Shown here piece by piece: positions 46,509-55,981 of a stretch of DNA of 64,000 bases (the first letter of the stretch is position 1; each line of letters starts with the position of its first letter). The notes beneath the pieces are model-generated. The model saw nothing but the letters and a program-made list of their open reading frames with translations. It did no database searches and was not told the DNA's origin. The position numbers and the translations under genes are program-made. The stretch spans positions 1 to 64,000 of the IMG/VR virus record IMGVR_UViG_3300016482_000014; one strand, 5' to 3'. Source of the DNA: an uncultured virus (IMG/VR IMGVR_UViG_3300016482_000014) (Duplodnaviria; Heunggongvirae; Uroviricota; Caudoviricetes).

Positions 46509-49430
46509 ATGACACCCTTAGATTTTTTTCGGTTAGTAACTCCAAGCCAAGGGGTGTATTGTTTCGCGGCCATATCTAACGGGAAGGTTGAGCATGTATT
46601 TTTGGAGTCTGTCGAGGATCTCGCTGGTATCAGCGAAGCCGTCATCGATGGTATTGACCAGTACTACACTCCCGCAACATTCAAAGTGCAGGGCAAACGC
46701 ACACAGGCAAATACTGCCAAGGTAAAAGCGTTTTGGTTTGACATCGATGTAGGTAAAGCCAACGACAAATGCTATTCCACACAAGATGAAGCCACAGACG
46801 CAATTGATGCGTTTCTTGCTGCGACAAACCTGCCAGACCCCCTGTGGGTCAACTCCGGCAACGGAATCCATCTGTACTGGCCTTTCAACAAAGAGCTTGA
46901 TGCAGAAGTGTGGAAGCCTATCGCTGGGCGTTTGCAAGCATTGGCACTCAAGCATGGTTTGCTGGTGGATACATCATGCACAACAGACAGCGCAAGACTG
47001 CTGCGCTATCCCGGATCGAAGAATTACCGCGACCCACAGAACCCCAAGCAAGGAAGTATCCTGACGGATACCTATGAACCGTTGGATCTGATGGATTTTG
47101 CAGGGAAGCTCGGATTGGGCGATACCAGCCAAGATTCAGATGAGCAAGACGAAGCATTGCCATTTTCCGTGCCTGACCATATCAAGCACGTTGACGACGA
47201 CATAAATAAAAGCATTGTTGGTGTAACGGTGTTCAAGATCATCATGGATCGATCTGACTCCTGCCAGCAACTGCAACACATTCGCAAGGAGAGAGAATCT
47301 TTACCAGAACCATTGTGGAGAGCAGGATTATCGATTGCACAGATCTGCGAGGATCGGGAAGACGCTATCAAGGCTGTGTCTGAGGGCCACCCAGATTACA
47401 GCTACGCTGCCGCAGAGAAGAAAGCTGCACAGACCAATGGCCCCTACACATGCCAAGCGTTTGAGAAGCTGGACTCCGAGCGGTGTAAAGGTTGCAAGCA
47501 CTACGGCAAATTGTCCACGCCCGCGCAGTTGGGACGGTATGTGGCTCCCGCTGTAACGGAAGAAGACCGCACGGTGGAAGTCCCCAAGCCTACGGCTACT
47601 GCTACGGTGTTGTTGCATCCCAGCATCCAACCAGCAAAGACAGTTATTCCAGAGTACCCCAGCCCCTACTTCCGACCGAAAGGCGGCATGGGTGTGCATA
47701 AAGTAGTGAAAGTGCAGGGCGAACCAGACACCTCGGTTCAGATCTGTGAATACGATTTTTATGTGACACGCCGGATGGTCGACCCGGATGTGGGCGAAGT
47801 ACTGTGGTTCAGACTACATATGCCGCTTGATGGGATCAGAGAGTTCAGCATCCCCCTTTCGGACGCAGTGGCACGAGATAAGTTACGCGATGCTCTCGCG
47901 ATGCACGGTGTGATGACAATCGACACCAAGCAGGTAACGGAGTATCTGGTTTACGTTAAAAAATGGTTGAGGCATCTACAAATGACAAAGCAAGCAGAAA
48001 AAGTACGATCCCAAATGGGCTGGACAGACGATGGCACGTTTGTCGTTGGCACCAAGGAGCTTGTTGCTGGGCAACCGGAAGGGCAAGACATCTTGTATGC
48101 GCCACCCGCAACTAAGAACATGAACATCATCCCTGCGATGACCGATCGTGGCGACTTCCACAAGTGGAAAGAGGTGATTAACTTCTACGCCAACGATGAC
48201 ATGGAAGCCTATGCGTTTGCCGTGTTCCTGAGTTTCGGTGCGCCACTCATGCAGTTCACGCCCTTGCGTGGTGGTGTATACAACCTAGTCAGTGAGCATT
48301 CCGGTATCGGTAAGTCTTCGGCTTTGCTGGCTGCGAACAGCATCTGGGGGCATCCGTTTGATCTGCTCATGCAAAAAGACGACACCTATAACGTGCGTAT
48401 CCACCGTGCGGGGGTCATGCGCCATCTGCCGCTGACGATTGACGAAATCACCAACATGAAGCCCATGGAGCTTTCTGATCAGGTCTATGCCAGCACATCC
48501 GGTCGGGGGAAAAACCGCATGGAGACGCACACCAATACCGAGCGCCTAAACCTGACGACATGGCAGACCCCCACGCTGACCACCTCCAACTCCAGCATTT
48601 CTGACAAACTGTTTATGAACAAAAGTTTTCCGGAAGGCGAGTTGATGCGCGTGATCGAGGTCGGAGTCCAGCGCAATACAAAATATCCCAAGTCGTATAC
48701 CGATATGTTGTTCCCGCAACTGGAGCATAACTACGGGATGGCATGGTTGCCCTACATGCGGTACATCATGAACAACCAGAGTGACGTTATCGGTATGCTG
48801 CGCCGCACACAAGAGAAGACAGACTCAGCCGCAAACCTGACGCAGCGTGAGCGGATCTGGTCAACGATGGCAGCGATCGGGCTGACGGGGGGTGCGATTG
48901 CACATTCTCTGGGGCTGCATGATATCAACGTAGAGCGGGTCGCACGGTGGGTGGCTGGACATATGTTTGACAGCTCCAAGAACATCACGCAATCCAGCAG
49001 CACGATGGAAGAGCATATCGCCGCATACATGGCTGAGAACTACACCAACATGCTGATGATTCGCAACGAGCCGGATATTGGCGAGATGTCCGTGATCCCA
49101 ATCATTGAGCCTCGCGGTGAGTTGTTGATTCGGTGTGAGCCTGATACCCGCCGTATCTTTATCGCCATCGGGCCGTTCAAGAAGTGGTGCGCAAAGAACC
49201 AGATTACGTACGCATCGGTAACACAATCGCTTGAGCGCAGTGGTATCAAGGTGGAAACGCTGAAAAAACGCATGTCCAAGGGTACGGCAATTACCATGCC
49301 CCCGGTGTCCACGATCATGATTCAGGTGCCAGACAATGTGGCAGGGTCTGTGTTTGGCTTAGACGAGATGGATAAGATCGATGAAGAGAAGAAAGCGGCC
49401 ACAATTGAAGCTCTTGCCCGCACCGCCTAA
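46509..49430 (+). CDS. Primase-helicase (AEP/RepB-like primase + DUF927-like helicase)
   Basis: FWFDID, NSGNGIHLYW, D.ARLLR.PG; GP..C; SGIGKS Walker A; IDEIT. Confidence 0.85.
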   Translation: MTPLDFFRLVTPSQGVYCFAAISNGKVEHVFLESVEDLAGISEAVIDGIDQYYTPATFKVQGKRTQANTAKVKAFWFDIDVGKANDKCYSTQDEATDAIDAFLAATNLPDPLWVNSGNGIHLYWPFNKELDAEVWKPIAGRLQALALKHGLLVDTSCTTDSARLLRYPGSKNYRDPQNPKQGSILTDTYEPLDLMDFAGKLGLGDTSQDSDEQDEALPFSVPDHIKHVDDDINKSIVGVTVFKIIMDRSDSCQQLQHIRKERESLPEPLWRAGLSIAQICEDREDAIKAVSEGHPDYSYAAAEKKAAQTNGPYTCQAFEKLDSERCKGCKHYGKLSTPAQLGRYVAPAVTEEDRTVEVPKPTATATVLLHPSIQPAKTVIPEYPSPYFRPKGGMGVHKVVKVQGEPDTSVQICEYDFYVTRRMVDPDVGEVLWFRLHMPLDGIREFSIPLSDAVARDKLRDALAMHGVMTIDTKQVTEYLVYVKKWLRHLQMTKQAEKVRSQMGWTDDGTFVVGTKELVAGQPEGQDILYAPPATKNMNIIPAMTDRGDFHKWKEVINFYANDDMEAYAFAVFLSFGAPLMQFTPLRGGVYNLVSEHSGIGKSSALLAANSIWGHPFDLLMQKDDTYNVRIHRAGVMRHLPLTIDEITNMKPMELSDQVYASTSGRGKNRMETHTNTERLNLTTWQTPTLTTSNSSISDKLFMNKSFPEGELMRVIEVGVQRNTKYPKSYTDMLFPQLEHNYGMAWLPYMRYIMNNQSDVIGMLRRTQEKTDSAANLTQRERIWSTMAAIGLTGGAIAHSLGLHDINVERVARWVAGHMFDSSKNITQSSSTMEEHIAAYMAENYTNMLMIRNEPDIGEMSVIPIIEPRGELLIRCEPDTRRIFIAIGPFKKWCAKNQITYASVTQSLERSGIKVETLKKRMSKGTAITMPPVSTIMIQVPDNVAGSVFGLDEMDKIDEEKKAATIEALARTA

Positions 49431-49647
49431 ACCAGTAAATGAATGGCGGTTCACGACTGAAGGGGTGGAGTTTGTTCTGAACTGGGACAAGCTCCCCATT
49501 CACGGGTTTGTATTTATCCCGTGCATAGAAACTGAAAAAGTAAGTATGTCGTTACGCAAGGAAGCCAGCAAGCAGGGGATATCCCTATCCCTCAAAGTTG
49601 GTATTCGGAACGGATACTGGGGAGTTGGAGTTTGGCGGACACGGTGA
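49381..49647 (+). CDS. Small hypothetical protein
   Basis: 88 aa, FIPC...G.GVWR. Confidence 0.55.
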   Translation: MKRRKRPQLKLLPAPPKPVNEWRFTTEGVEFVLNWDKLPIHGFVFIPCIETEKVSMSLRKEASKQGISLSLKVGIRNGYWGVGVWRTR

Positions 49648-49658
49648 TATACTGCACA

Positions 49659-49746
49659 CGTACCGGTTCTCTCCCCGGTACGGACATTCTCTCCTTTTGG
49701 TTCTGATGTGGTGACACCCCCGGCCCTCTCCTGCCGGGGGTTTTTT
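49659..49746 (+). ncRNA. Candidate anti-Shine-Dalgarno sRNA ending in a terminator
   Basis: Extended -10 TGaTATACT 49645-53; 8-bp hairpin with loop TTCTCTCC; linker TTCTCTCCTT; terminator with loop CCTCTCCT and T6. Confidence 0.65.
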
Positions 49747-52700
49747 ATTCCTTGAGCTTCATATAGTCGGTGCGCACCCGCCCGATGTCAGACAAGATCT
49801 CAGTCTCGACCCGCTTCAGTTCGTTGATCGCATCACGACGCTCCGCACCTGAGATGCCAATGTTGGCACCAGACTCGTAAAGTTTTTTCTGCTCACGGAT
49901 GGTACGCAGAAGTTTGAGCTTGGCGTTGACGTACGGTGCGGCTGCAAGCAAGTGGTAGTTTTTCTCAATGAACTTGGCCTGCTTTTCAGGATCATCCTTG
50001 AGCGAGTTTTTGCCAGCCACCGCAGCGGCAACTTTTTCACGGAATTCGTAGAAGTCATCCTTCGTGCGAGATCCCACCGGTGCCATGATACCGATACTCA
50101 AGAACGGCAACTGTTCCAACCCACGATCAGGACGGGCAGGGTTCATCATGGAATCTAGCATCATTGACGCCGTAGATCCCATCAAACCGAAGTACCCACG
50201 CACGAAGTTATCGATCTGAATCGGTGAGGTGGAGGTCTGCTCGCCCAACCATTTCGCAAACTCAGATGTTGCCGGGGTGTACTGAAGCGCGGCTGGTTTG
50301 GCTTTAAGTGACGGTGAAATCAGTTCTCGCTTGGTAAAGAATGAGAAGTTCGTGTAGTTCTCCAGCGCAGGGCGCAGGATCGCAGGGATTGGCTCGTTGC
50401 CATACACCGTCACGGCTCCTCGCAGGAAGTCCAGCGCAGCGTCTACAGCGGGCTTGGCTTCGTCCTTTGAGTGATCCTTGTAGTACTGAATTGCCCGCTC
50501 AGGGATGGATTTGAAGATAAACCCAAGTTCGACTGGCACTGGGATCTTGAGCGACTGCTTCATACCAAACGCATCACTGACCGATTTTGGCAGTATCCAT
50601 GCACGATCCCGCACTTCGTCTGACGTTTCCTCGTAACCCTCGTCGTCGCTCATCACAAGCGCATACATGGTACCCATCGCCATCATGGTCAGGATACGTG
50701 ACACGAACATACCAGCAGCGGCTCTTTTTGCCATGCCAGAAGACGCATCTTCACCGGTAAACCCACGATACAGCAAGTCAGTACCTTGCGCCCACGAGTT
50801 AAAGAACGGGATGATATGGGTGAGCATCCGCATGGTCTTAGATGCGCCACGGCGGTTGAAGTTGATTAACTCACGCGCACGGGATTGGGCGAGTACCGCA
50901 TCCCCGGTTTCCCGCATGGTTTGCTCATACACCGCCAGACGTGCTGCCATGTCAGAAGCTTTTGTCACCTGCTCCATGGCATGAACCAGCGCACGGACTG
51001 GACTGCGGCGCACTGCATTGGTGTCAAACTCCACCGTTTCGATTGGGTTGATGGGATTGAAGTCATAGTCACCAACAATCCCGGAACGCTCCAGTGAATC
51101 AATGACGGCTTTGTTTCCACCAAAGTTCTTCAGGAACAAGATGCGGGGCAGGTTGATAAGCGTTTTGCCCATCGCTGCCAGCGGATTCTTGACGCCAGAG
51201 TAGAACATCACCCGCTGTGCATCATCAAACACCTGCTTGAGCGCAAACATGGGGGTGGCTGTCACCGTGGTACGTAGAAGTCTTGAGCTTGCAGAAAACA
51301 CGTTGATCAGACTACCCTTGATCTCGGGAGCCTCGGCAAACGCTGCCAAGTCGTACTGGTTCTGCACTTCAAAGAATACAGGGTTGCCGCCCTCGTACAG
51401 TGCGGGCAGTACCAAATGCGTATTGGTAGCGTTCTTGGGACTATCCAGTTTGGTAGCCATACCTGCATCGGCCATGATATTCAACGTACGCACCACAGCC
51501 GAGTTGCGCATGGATTGTTCGGTCATCCAAGCCAGCTTGTGCATGTAGTTGTCAATGGCGTTTGCCACTGGGCGACCGAGTGAACCTTTCAACTGCGGCA
51601 GTTTACCAAGCGCGGCAATACCCCTGCGACCAGCAGCAAATACGATTTCCGGATTCTCGCTGATGTCTTTGAGTCGATCGAACGGTACATAGTTGACTGC
51701 GGCTTTCCAGTTGTCAGCCTGCTCCTTGTGGATACGCCCAGAAGTGACCATCGCATCGATCAGATTGCTGCGAACTGTATTCATGATTCGCTGGATTTCT
51801 TGGATCTCAGGACTCTTATTGAACACGGCTACCAGCGCATCAATTTCTGCGTTAGTTCTATGCAGCAGTACTTTACCCAACCGGGTTTCGTAAGCAGCAT
51901 CAACATCACCAGCAGCGGCTTGCTCAAGCGCCAGCGTTTCCAACTTACGGTTATGATCCCGCAGTTCTTTAAGCCGCATTCCTTCCAGTACCGTTGCCAC
52001 TTTCGCTTTGGTGGTCGGGTACGTCGAGTTGTTCTTCTTGGCAAGCTCCGCCAGTTTTTCCACAATCATTTGCGGAGACGCGGGTTTACCCTGACTATCT
52101 TTCAGTTCAGTAGCTGTCCAAAGACCATTCGACTCGAGCTTCAACCCACCCGTGCGGTATACCTGCAACGCAATACGTTGATGGTCAAATGCTTGGCGCA
52201 TCCAGACAATTGGGTTCACATCGCCAAACTGCCCGCGCACTCCTTGGGAAAACGCATCGCTCAAACGCTTGGCGATTGGAGCCAAAATATCCACAGTCTG
52301 TTGACGAATCAATGTGGCGTAGCCTGCCTCACCCTGACTGATGGTGTTGAGGAACTTGCGCATTTCCGTGCGCTGAACCTGATTGGGGGCTTGATTGACC
52401 TGAGCCAACGAGGTGGGCAGGGGTTGACCTAACGGTGTGTTGACGTTTTGTGCAGCGTACGCAATATCGGAAGCAAAGATAGACTTGCCAGTCGTGCGCA
52501 TCTGCAACTCACGCCCAGACCGCATCAAACCGTCGACTGCCACCATAGCGGTGAACAGCACGTTGCCTTGGGGTGAACCTTCTGCAATACCCAGCAAAGA
52601 GCGCAGCGCACGGGCAAACCACGAGAACACCGACTGGTTGCGGTACGGCATACCCATCAACTGAAACTGGAAGTCACGGTTTGACATGGCTTCTGAGGCA

Positions 52701-55700
52701 AACTCAGTCAGACTGGATAGCCCATACTCTTTGGCCAGATCCGGGCGGCTTGCCTTCACATGATCATAGACTTCTTGCAGCGTACGGAAGTTGGGGTTAC
52801 GAGCCTGCCCACGCTCTTGCAGCACGATGGAGCGGTGGACAAACGCATGGATCATCTCATGCAGGAATGTATGGGAATCCGCAGCACCCTGCACCAGCGC
52901 AATTTCGTCGTTGATGGAGTTGTACTCGCCCAGTATGGGTTCGCCGTTCACGTCGTTACCCAAGGAGTCCACCATACGCATAGTGGGCATGGGCATCTTC
53001 ATATCAAGAATACGGCGGGCAACGAGCTGTTCCTTGGGGTTAAACACCCCAGAGTTGTCATTAACGATGACTTGCAGTGCCGCAATAGGATCTTTCGCTG
53101 TGAATGCTTTGATCAGATTGTCGGTTACAGCACCCGCTGAGTCACCAGTTGCTTGCAGTGTCTGTACAGCGTTAGGAATACTCTGGTCTTTTGATTTCTG
53201 TAGCATACCCTCCAAACTGCCAGCAGCACCTACGATATCGCCTTCCGCAATTTCCTCCGCAATCTTCCTGCGGTCTATCTGTGTGATCAACCCACTGTCG
53301 GCAGCATCACGAGCCAATCTTGCCAACGCCTTGGGGTCAACCGTTTCGCCCATCTGCAACTCAGCTACACGTTGCAGCGCCTCATCATGGGAAGTAGTTT
53401 CGGAGGGTAGGGTGGTTACTGGAGCAGGTGCTTGTTCGATTCCCTGAGTGTCGATTCCAGCTCGTTCAGTAGGGCGAACCAATCCTCCTGACTCAGGTGC
53501 TGTAGTGGCTCCGGTGGTACCCTCTTGTGTGGCGGTTGGGATACTGCCCACGTCAACCACTCCCACGCCTCGCTCACTTGGTTGTCCGACAGTGGCTGGC
53601 TCAGTTGGAGTTGGTGCGGGCTTGACATCTTTAGCTCCTTGCGTTTGGGGCATCTCTTGAATAAGGTATCCGCCCTGACCATCTTGCGCAACCACACGGA
53701 ACGTAGCATCACGAGATGTAGTTTGGGATATTTCTGATTCGTATTCCTGTGCGGTTTCAGGATCAAACGTAACCCACGATAGATCTTTGGAGGGTATGGT
53801 TGAAAGATCAATTCCCGGTGTTGCGGTAACACCTTCGTTGCCTAGTTCATCTCGCTCGTAAGCAACTATATCTGCAGCGGTCATATCTGTTGGCATACCA
53901 CTGCTTCCGGTGCGATATACCGTACGAGACTGAATATCAGGTGTAACACCCACAGTTTCAGCCGCAGGAGCCTCGACCACAGGAGCAGTGTCAACCGGTA
54001 ACTGCCCCAAGAACGTATCAATATTTTCTTTGATACTCTCTGAGCGGTTCGGGGCGTCGCGGTATGTCTCCAGCACATTACGCACAAACTGACGGTCTTC
54101 AGGCTTGGTCAGGTCGGCATTGCGCAGGTCTGCATTTTTACGAAGCACCGCTGTCTTGCCAATACCCAACGTATCAAACACAGAGTCATCGACCTTCGTG
54201 GGTGCGACGGGTGCTGCGGGAGGCAGTTCAGCCTCAAAATCAAGCGCACCTTGTGCGGCTGGCACGGGTGCAGCTAACTTACTATCATACAAATTCTGTA
54301 GTTTTTCTTTAACTTCGGGCTTAACCTGCGGGTTCTGCATCGCACGACCAATAACCTCTGCGGCCTTGGTGCGTTGATCCGCATCACCCAAATCCAACCC
54401 CGACAACTGCTTAGTATATGCAGCCGATTTCGGCAACCCAATGTCGAGTAGTTCCTGCGGTTTGATTGTGAGGTCTACTGGTGCTGGAGCAGGAGCAATC
54501 TGTGGTGGCCCAAGCTCTCGCATAACGATTTGCTCAGGCTGTGCAGGAGTAGCGGCTTCGAATACAGCCGCCGAAGCTTTTGCTCTTTGCTCTTCTGGGA
54601 TATCCTTGACTTCTTCTTTTGCCAGCTTTGCACGGCGTGTGGGTTCCAACCCAATAGTCTTGGCAAATGCCTGACCTTCACCGATCTTGTCGTTGACGAG
54701 CTTCAACTGCTCGTTGATTTGCTGACGAACTTCCTTGTTTGCCGACACACGATCGAGGTTTTGTTTGAGGATCGTGAGGTTATCTTTGGCGGCATAGAGT
54801 GAGTTCAGGCTGTCATCCAGTCCTTCCACTTCCAGTGAAACACCCGCAACACCTTGCCCAATCTCACCTACTTTTGCACTGAGTTCTTCCGCAGTTTTGA
54901 TCTGTGCGGCTTCCTCTTCCTGTTTCTGTAGTTCGAGGGCTTGCAGTTCACGCTCTCGCATGACATCGGCGGTTTCTTGCTCTTGGCGCAAAATGGCTTC
55001 GCGCTCGGGTGTCATGGGAGGTTCAATCGCCTCACCAGTGGGAGTCAGCCCACGAGCTTCCAATTCTTGACGAGCAGCACGACGATCCAATGGAGACGCC
55101 ACCGCACCGATCGCTGGGCCAGCCTGCAACGCACCATAGGCAGCAAGGCCATATTTCTCAATCGCATCATCAGAGAGCAGATCCTGCCCAGACTGCCAAC
55201 GCTCTAGTACGGTCTGTGCCACTTCCACTGGGATCTCGGACAAACCTCGTGCAGCACCCCTGCCAGCACCACCAGCCAACGAAGCCTGTGCGGTTTGCAG
55301 GAGTTGTTTCTCGGCAAGCTCCTTGGAGACTTCTTTACCGATCATCTTGCCGATCAGGTTTTTACCAAGAGTGAACGCCGTGCCACCGGCTTCAAGGGCT
55401 GTCTGTCCAGCAGCGGCAACGGCAGCGCTGCTCCTATCCAATTCCAGTTGTTTCTTTTGCTCTTGGGCTACTCGTGCTTGCTCTTCGAGGTTGGCACCAA
55501 AAAACTGTGGATACAGATACCCAGCCGCACCCGCGATACCGCCAATCGTGGCTCCAACAGGGCCAGCTAGCGCACCTACTTTTGCACCAGCAAAACCTGC
55601 ACCAAGCGTACCAAGAATGTTCGCGCCTTGTTCAGCAACCGCACCGGGAATCTGAGAGACGAACTCACCTGCCGCAGGAAGGAACCCCTCACGTTGGTAG

Positions 55701-55972
55701 ATATCTTTGACCTCTGCAAACCCACGAGTGGGGCCAACGGCACGACTGATGCGTTCTTGTTCGGCAGCGCCAGCTTTTGCGGCAGCGGCGGCTTCTTCCG
55801 GGGTACCAATCGCACCACGAACACCTGTACCAATACTGGTTCCAGCACGTTCAAACGAGGACGTAAACCGTTTACCCAGTGAGGCTTCTTCTTGGGGCTT
55901 GAACGCATCTTCAAAAGAAAAGGTCTCGGAAGGCTTTTGCAAAGCCTCCTCAAACGAGAATTTCTCAGCCAT
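49745..55972 (-). CDS. Large polyvalent internal virion protein (zincin HExxH; LPD38-like C-terminus)
   Basis: 2075 aa; TFLHEMIH...EF.SEA..N..F; NF.R.G...IPFFN...QG; SP.QID....GYFG. Confidence 0.7.
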   Translation of the reverse strand: MAEKFSFEEALQKPSETFSFEDAFKPQEEASLGKRFTSSFERAGTSIGTGVRGAIGTPEEAAAAAKAGAAEQERISRAVGPTRGFAEVKDIYQREGFLPAAGEFVSQIPGAVAEQGANILGTLGAGFAGAKVGALAGPVGATIGGIAGAAGYLYPQFFGANLEEQARVAQEQKKQLELDRSSAAVAAAGQTALEAGGTAFTLGKNLIGKMIGKEVSKELAEKQLLQTAQASLAGGAGRGAARGLSEIPVEVAQTVLERWQSGQDLLSDDAIEKYGLAAYGALQAGPAIGAVASPLDRRAARQELEARGLTPTGEAIEPPMTPEREAILRQEQETADVMRERELQALELQKQEEEAAQIKTAEELSAKVGEIGQGVAGVSLEVEGLDDSLNSLYAAKDNLTILKQNLDRVSANKEVRQQINEQLKLVNDKIGEGQAFAKTIGLEPTRRAKLAKEEVKDIPEEQRAKASAAVFEAATPAQPEQIVMRELGPPQIAPAPAPVDLTIKPQELLDIGLPKSAAYTKQLSGLDLGDADQRTKAAEVIGRAMQNPQVKPEVKEKLQNLYDSKLAAPVPAAQGALDFEAELPPAAPVAPTKVDDSVFDTLGIGKTAVLRKNADLRNADLTKPEDRQFVRNVLETYRDAPNRSESIKENIDTFLGQLPVDTAPVVEAPAAETVGVTPDIQSRTVYRTGSSGMPTDMTAADIVAYERDELGNEGVTATPGIDLSTIPSKDLSWVTFDPETAQEYESEISQTTSRDATFRVVAQDGQGGYLIQEMPQTQGAKDVKPAPTPTEPATVGQPSERGVGVVDVGSIPTATQEGTTGATTAPESGGLVRPTERAGIDTQGIEQAPAPVTTLPSETTSHDEALQRVAELQMGETVDPKALARLARDAADSGLITQIDRRKIAEEIAEGDIVGAAGSLEGMLQKSKDQSIPNAVQTLQATGDSAGAVTDNLIKAFTAKDPIAALQVIVNDNSGVFNPKEQLVARRILDMKMPMPTMRMVDSLGNDVNGEPILGEYNSINDEIALVQGAADSHTFLHEMIHAFVHRSIVLQERGQARNPNFRTLQEVYDHVKASRPDLAKEYGLSSLTEFASEAMSNRDFQFQLMGMPYRNQSVFSWFARALRSLLGIAEGSPQGNVLFTAMVAVDGLMRSGRELQMRTTGKSIFASDIAYAAQNVNTPLGQPLPTSLAQVNQAPNQVQRTEMRKFLNTISQGEAGYATLIRQQTVDILAPIAKRLSDAFSQGVRGQFGDVNPIVWMRQAFDHQRIALQVYRTGGLKLESNGLWTATELKDSQGKPASPQMIVEKLAELAKKNNSTYPTTKAKVATVLEGMRLKELRDHNRKLETLALEQAAAGDVDAAYETRLGKVLLHRTNAEIDALVAVFNKSPEIQEIQRIMNTVRSNLIDAMVTSGRIHKEQADNWKAAVNYVPFDRLKDISENPEIVFAAGRRGIAALGKLPQLKGSLGRPVANAIDNYMHKLAWMTEQSMRNSAVVRTLNIMADAGMATKLDSPKNATNTHLVLPALYEGGNPVFFEVQNQYDLAAFAEAPEIKGSLINVFSASSRLLRTTVTATPMFALKQVFDDAQRVMFYSGVKNPLAAMGKTLINLPRILFLKNFGGNKAVIDSLERSGIVGDYDFNPINPIETVEFDTNAVRRSPVRALVHAMEQVTKASDMAARLAVYEQTMRETGDAVLAQSRARELINFNRRGASKTMRMLTHIIPFFNSWAQGTDLLYRGFTGEDASSGMAKRAAAGMFVSRILTMMAMGTMYALVMSDDEGYEETSDEVRDRAWILPKSVSDAFGMKQSLKIPVPVELGFIFKSIPERAIQYYKDHSKDEAKPAVDAALDFLRGAVTVYGNEPIPAILRPALENYTNFSFFTKRELISPSLKAKPAALQYTPATSEFAKWLGEQTSTSPIQIDNFVRGYFGLMGSTASMMLDSMMNPARPDRGLEQLPFLSIGIMAPVGSRTKDDFYEFREKVAAAVAGKNSLKDDPEKQAKFIEKNYHLLAAAPYVNAKLKLLRTIREQKKLYESGANIGISGAERRDAINELKRVETEILSDIGRVRTDYMKLKE

Positions 55973-55981
55973 TCCTTACCC

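Noticed and set aside
49745..55972. N4-like virion RNA polymerase
   Set aside because: No polymerase motifs seen; HExxH and the C-terminal pattern fit a polyvalent internal protein
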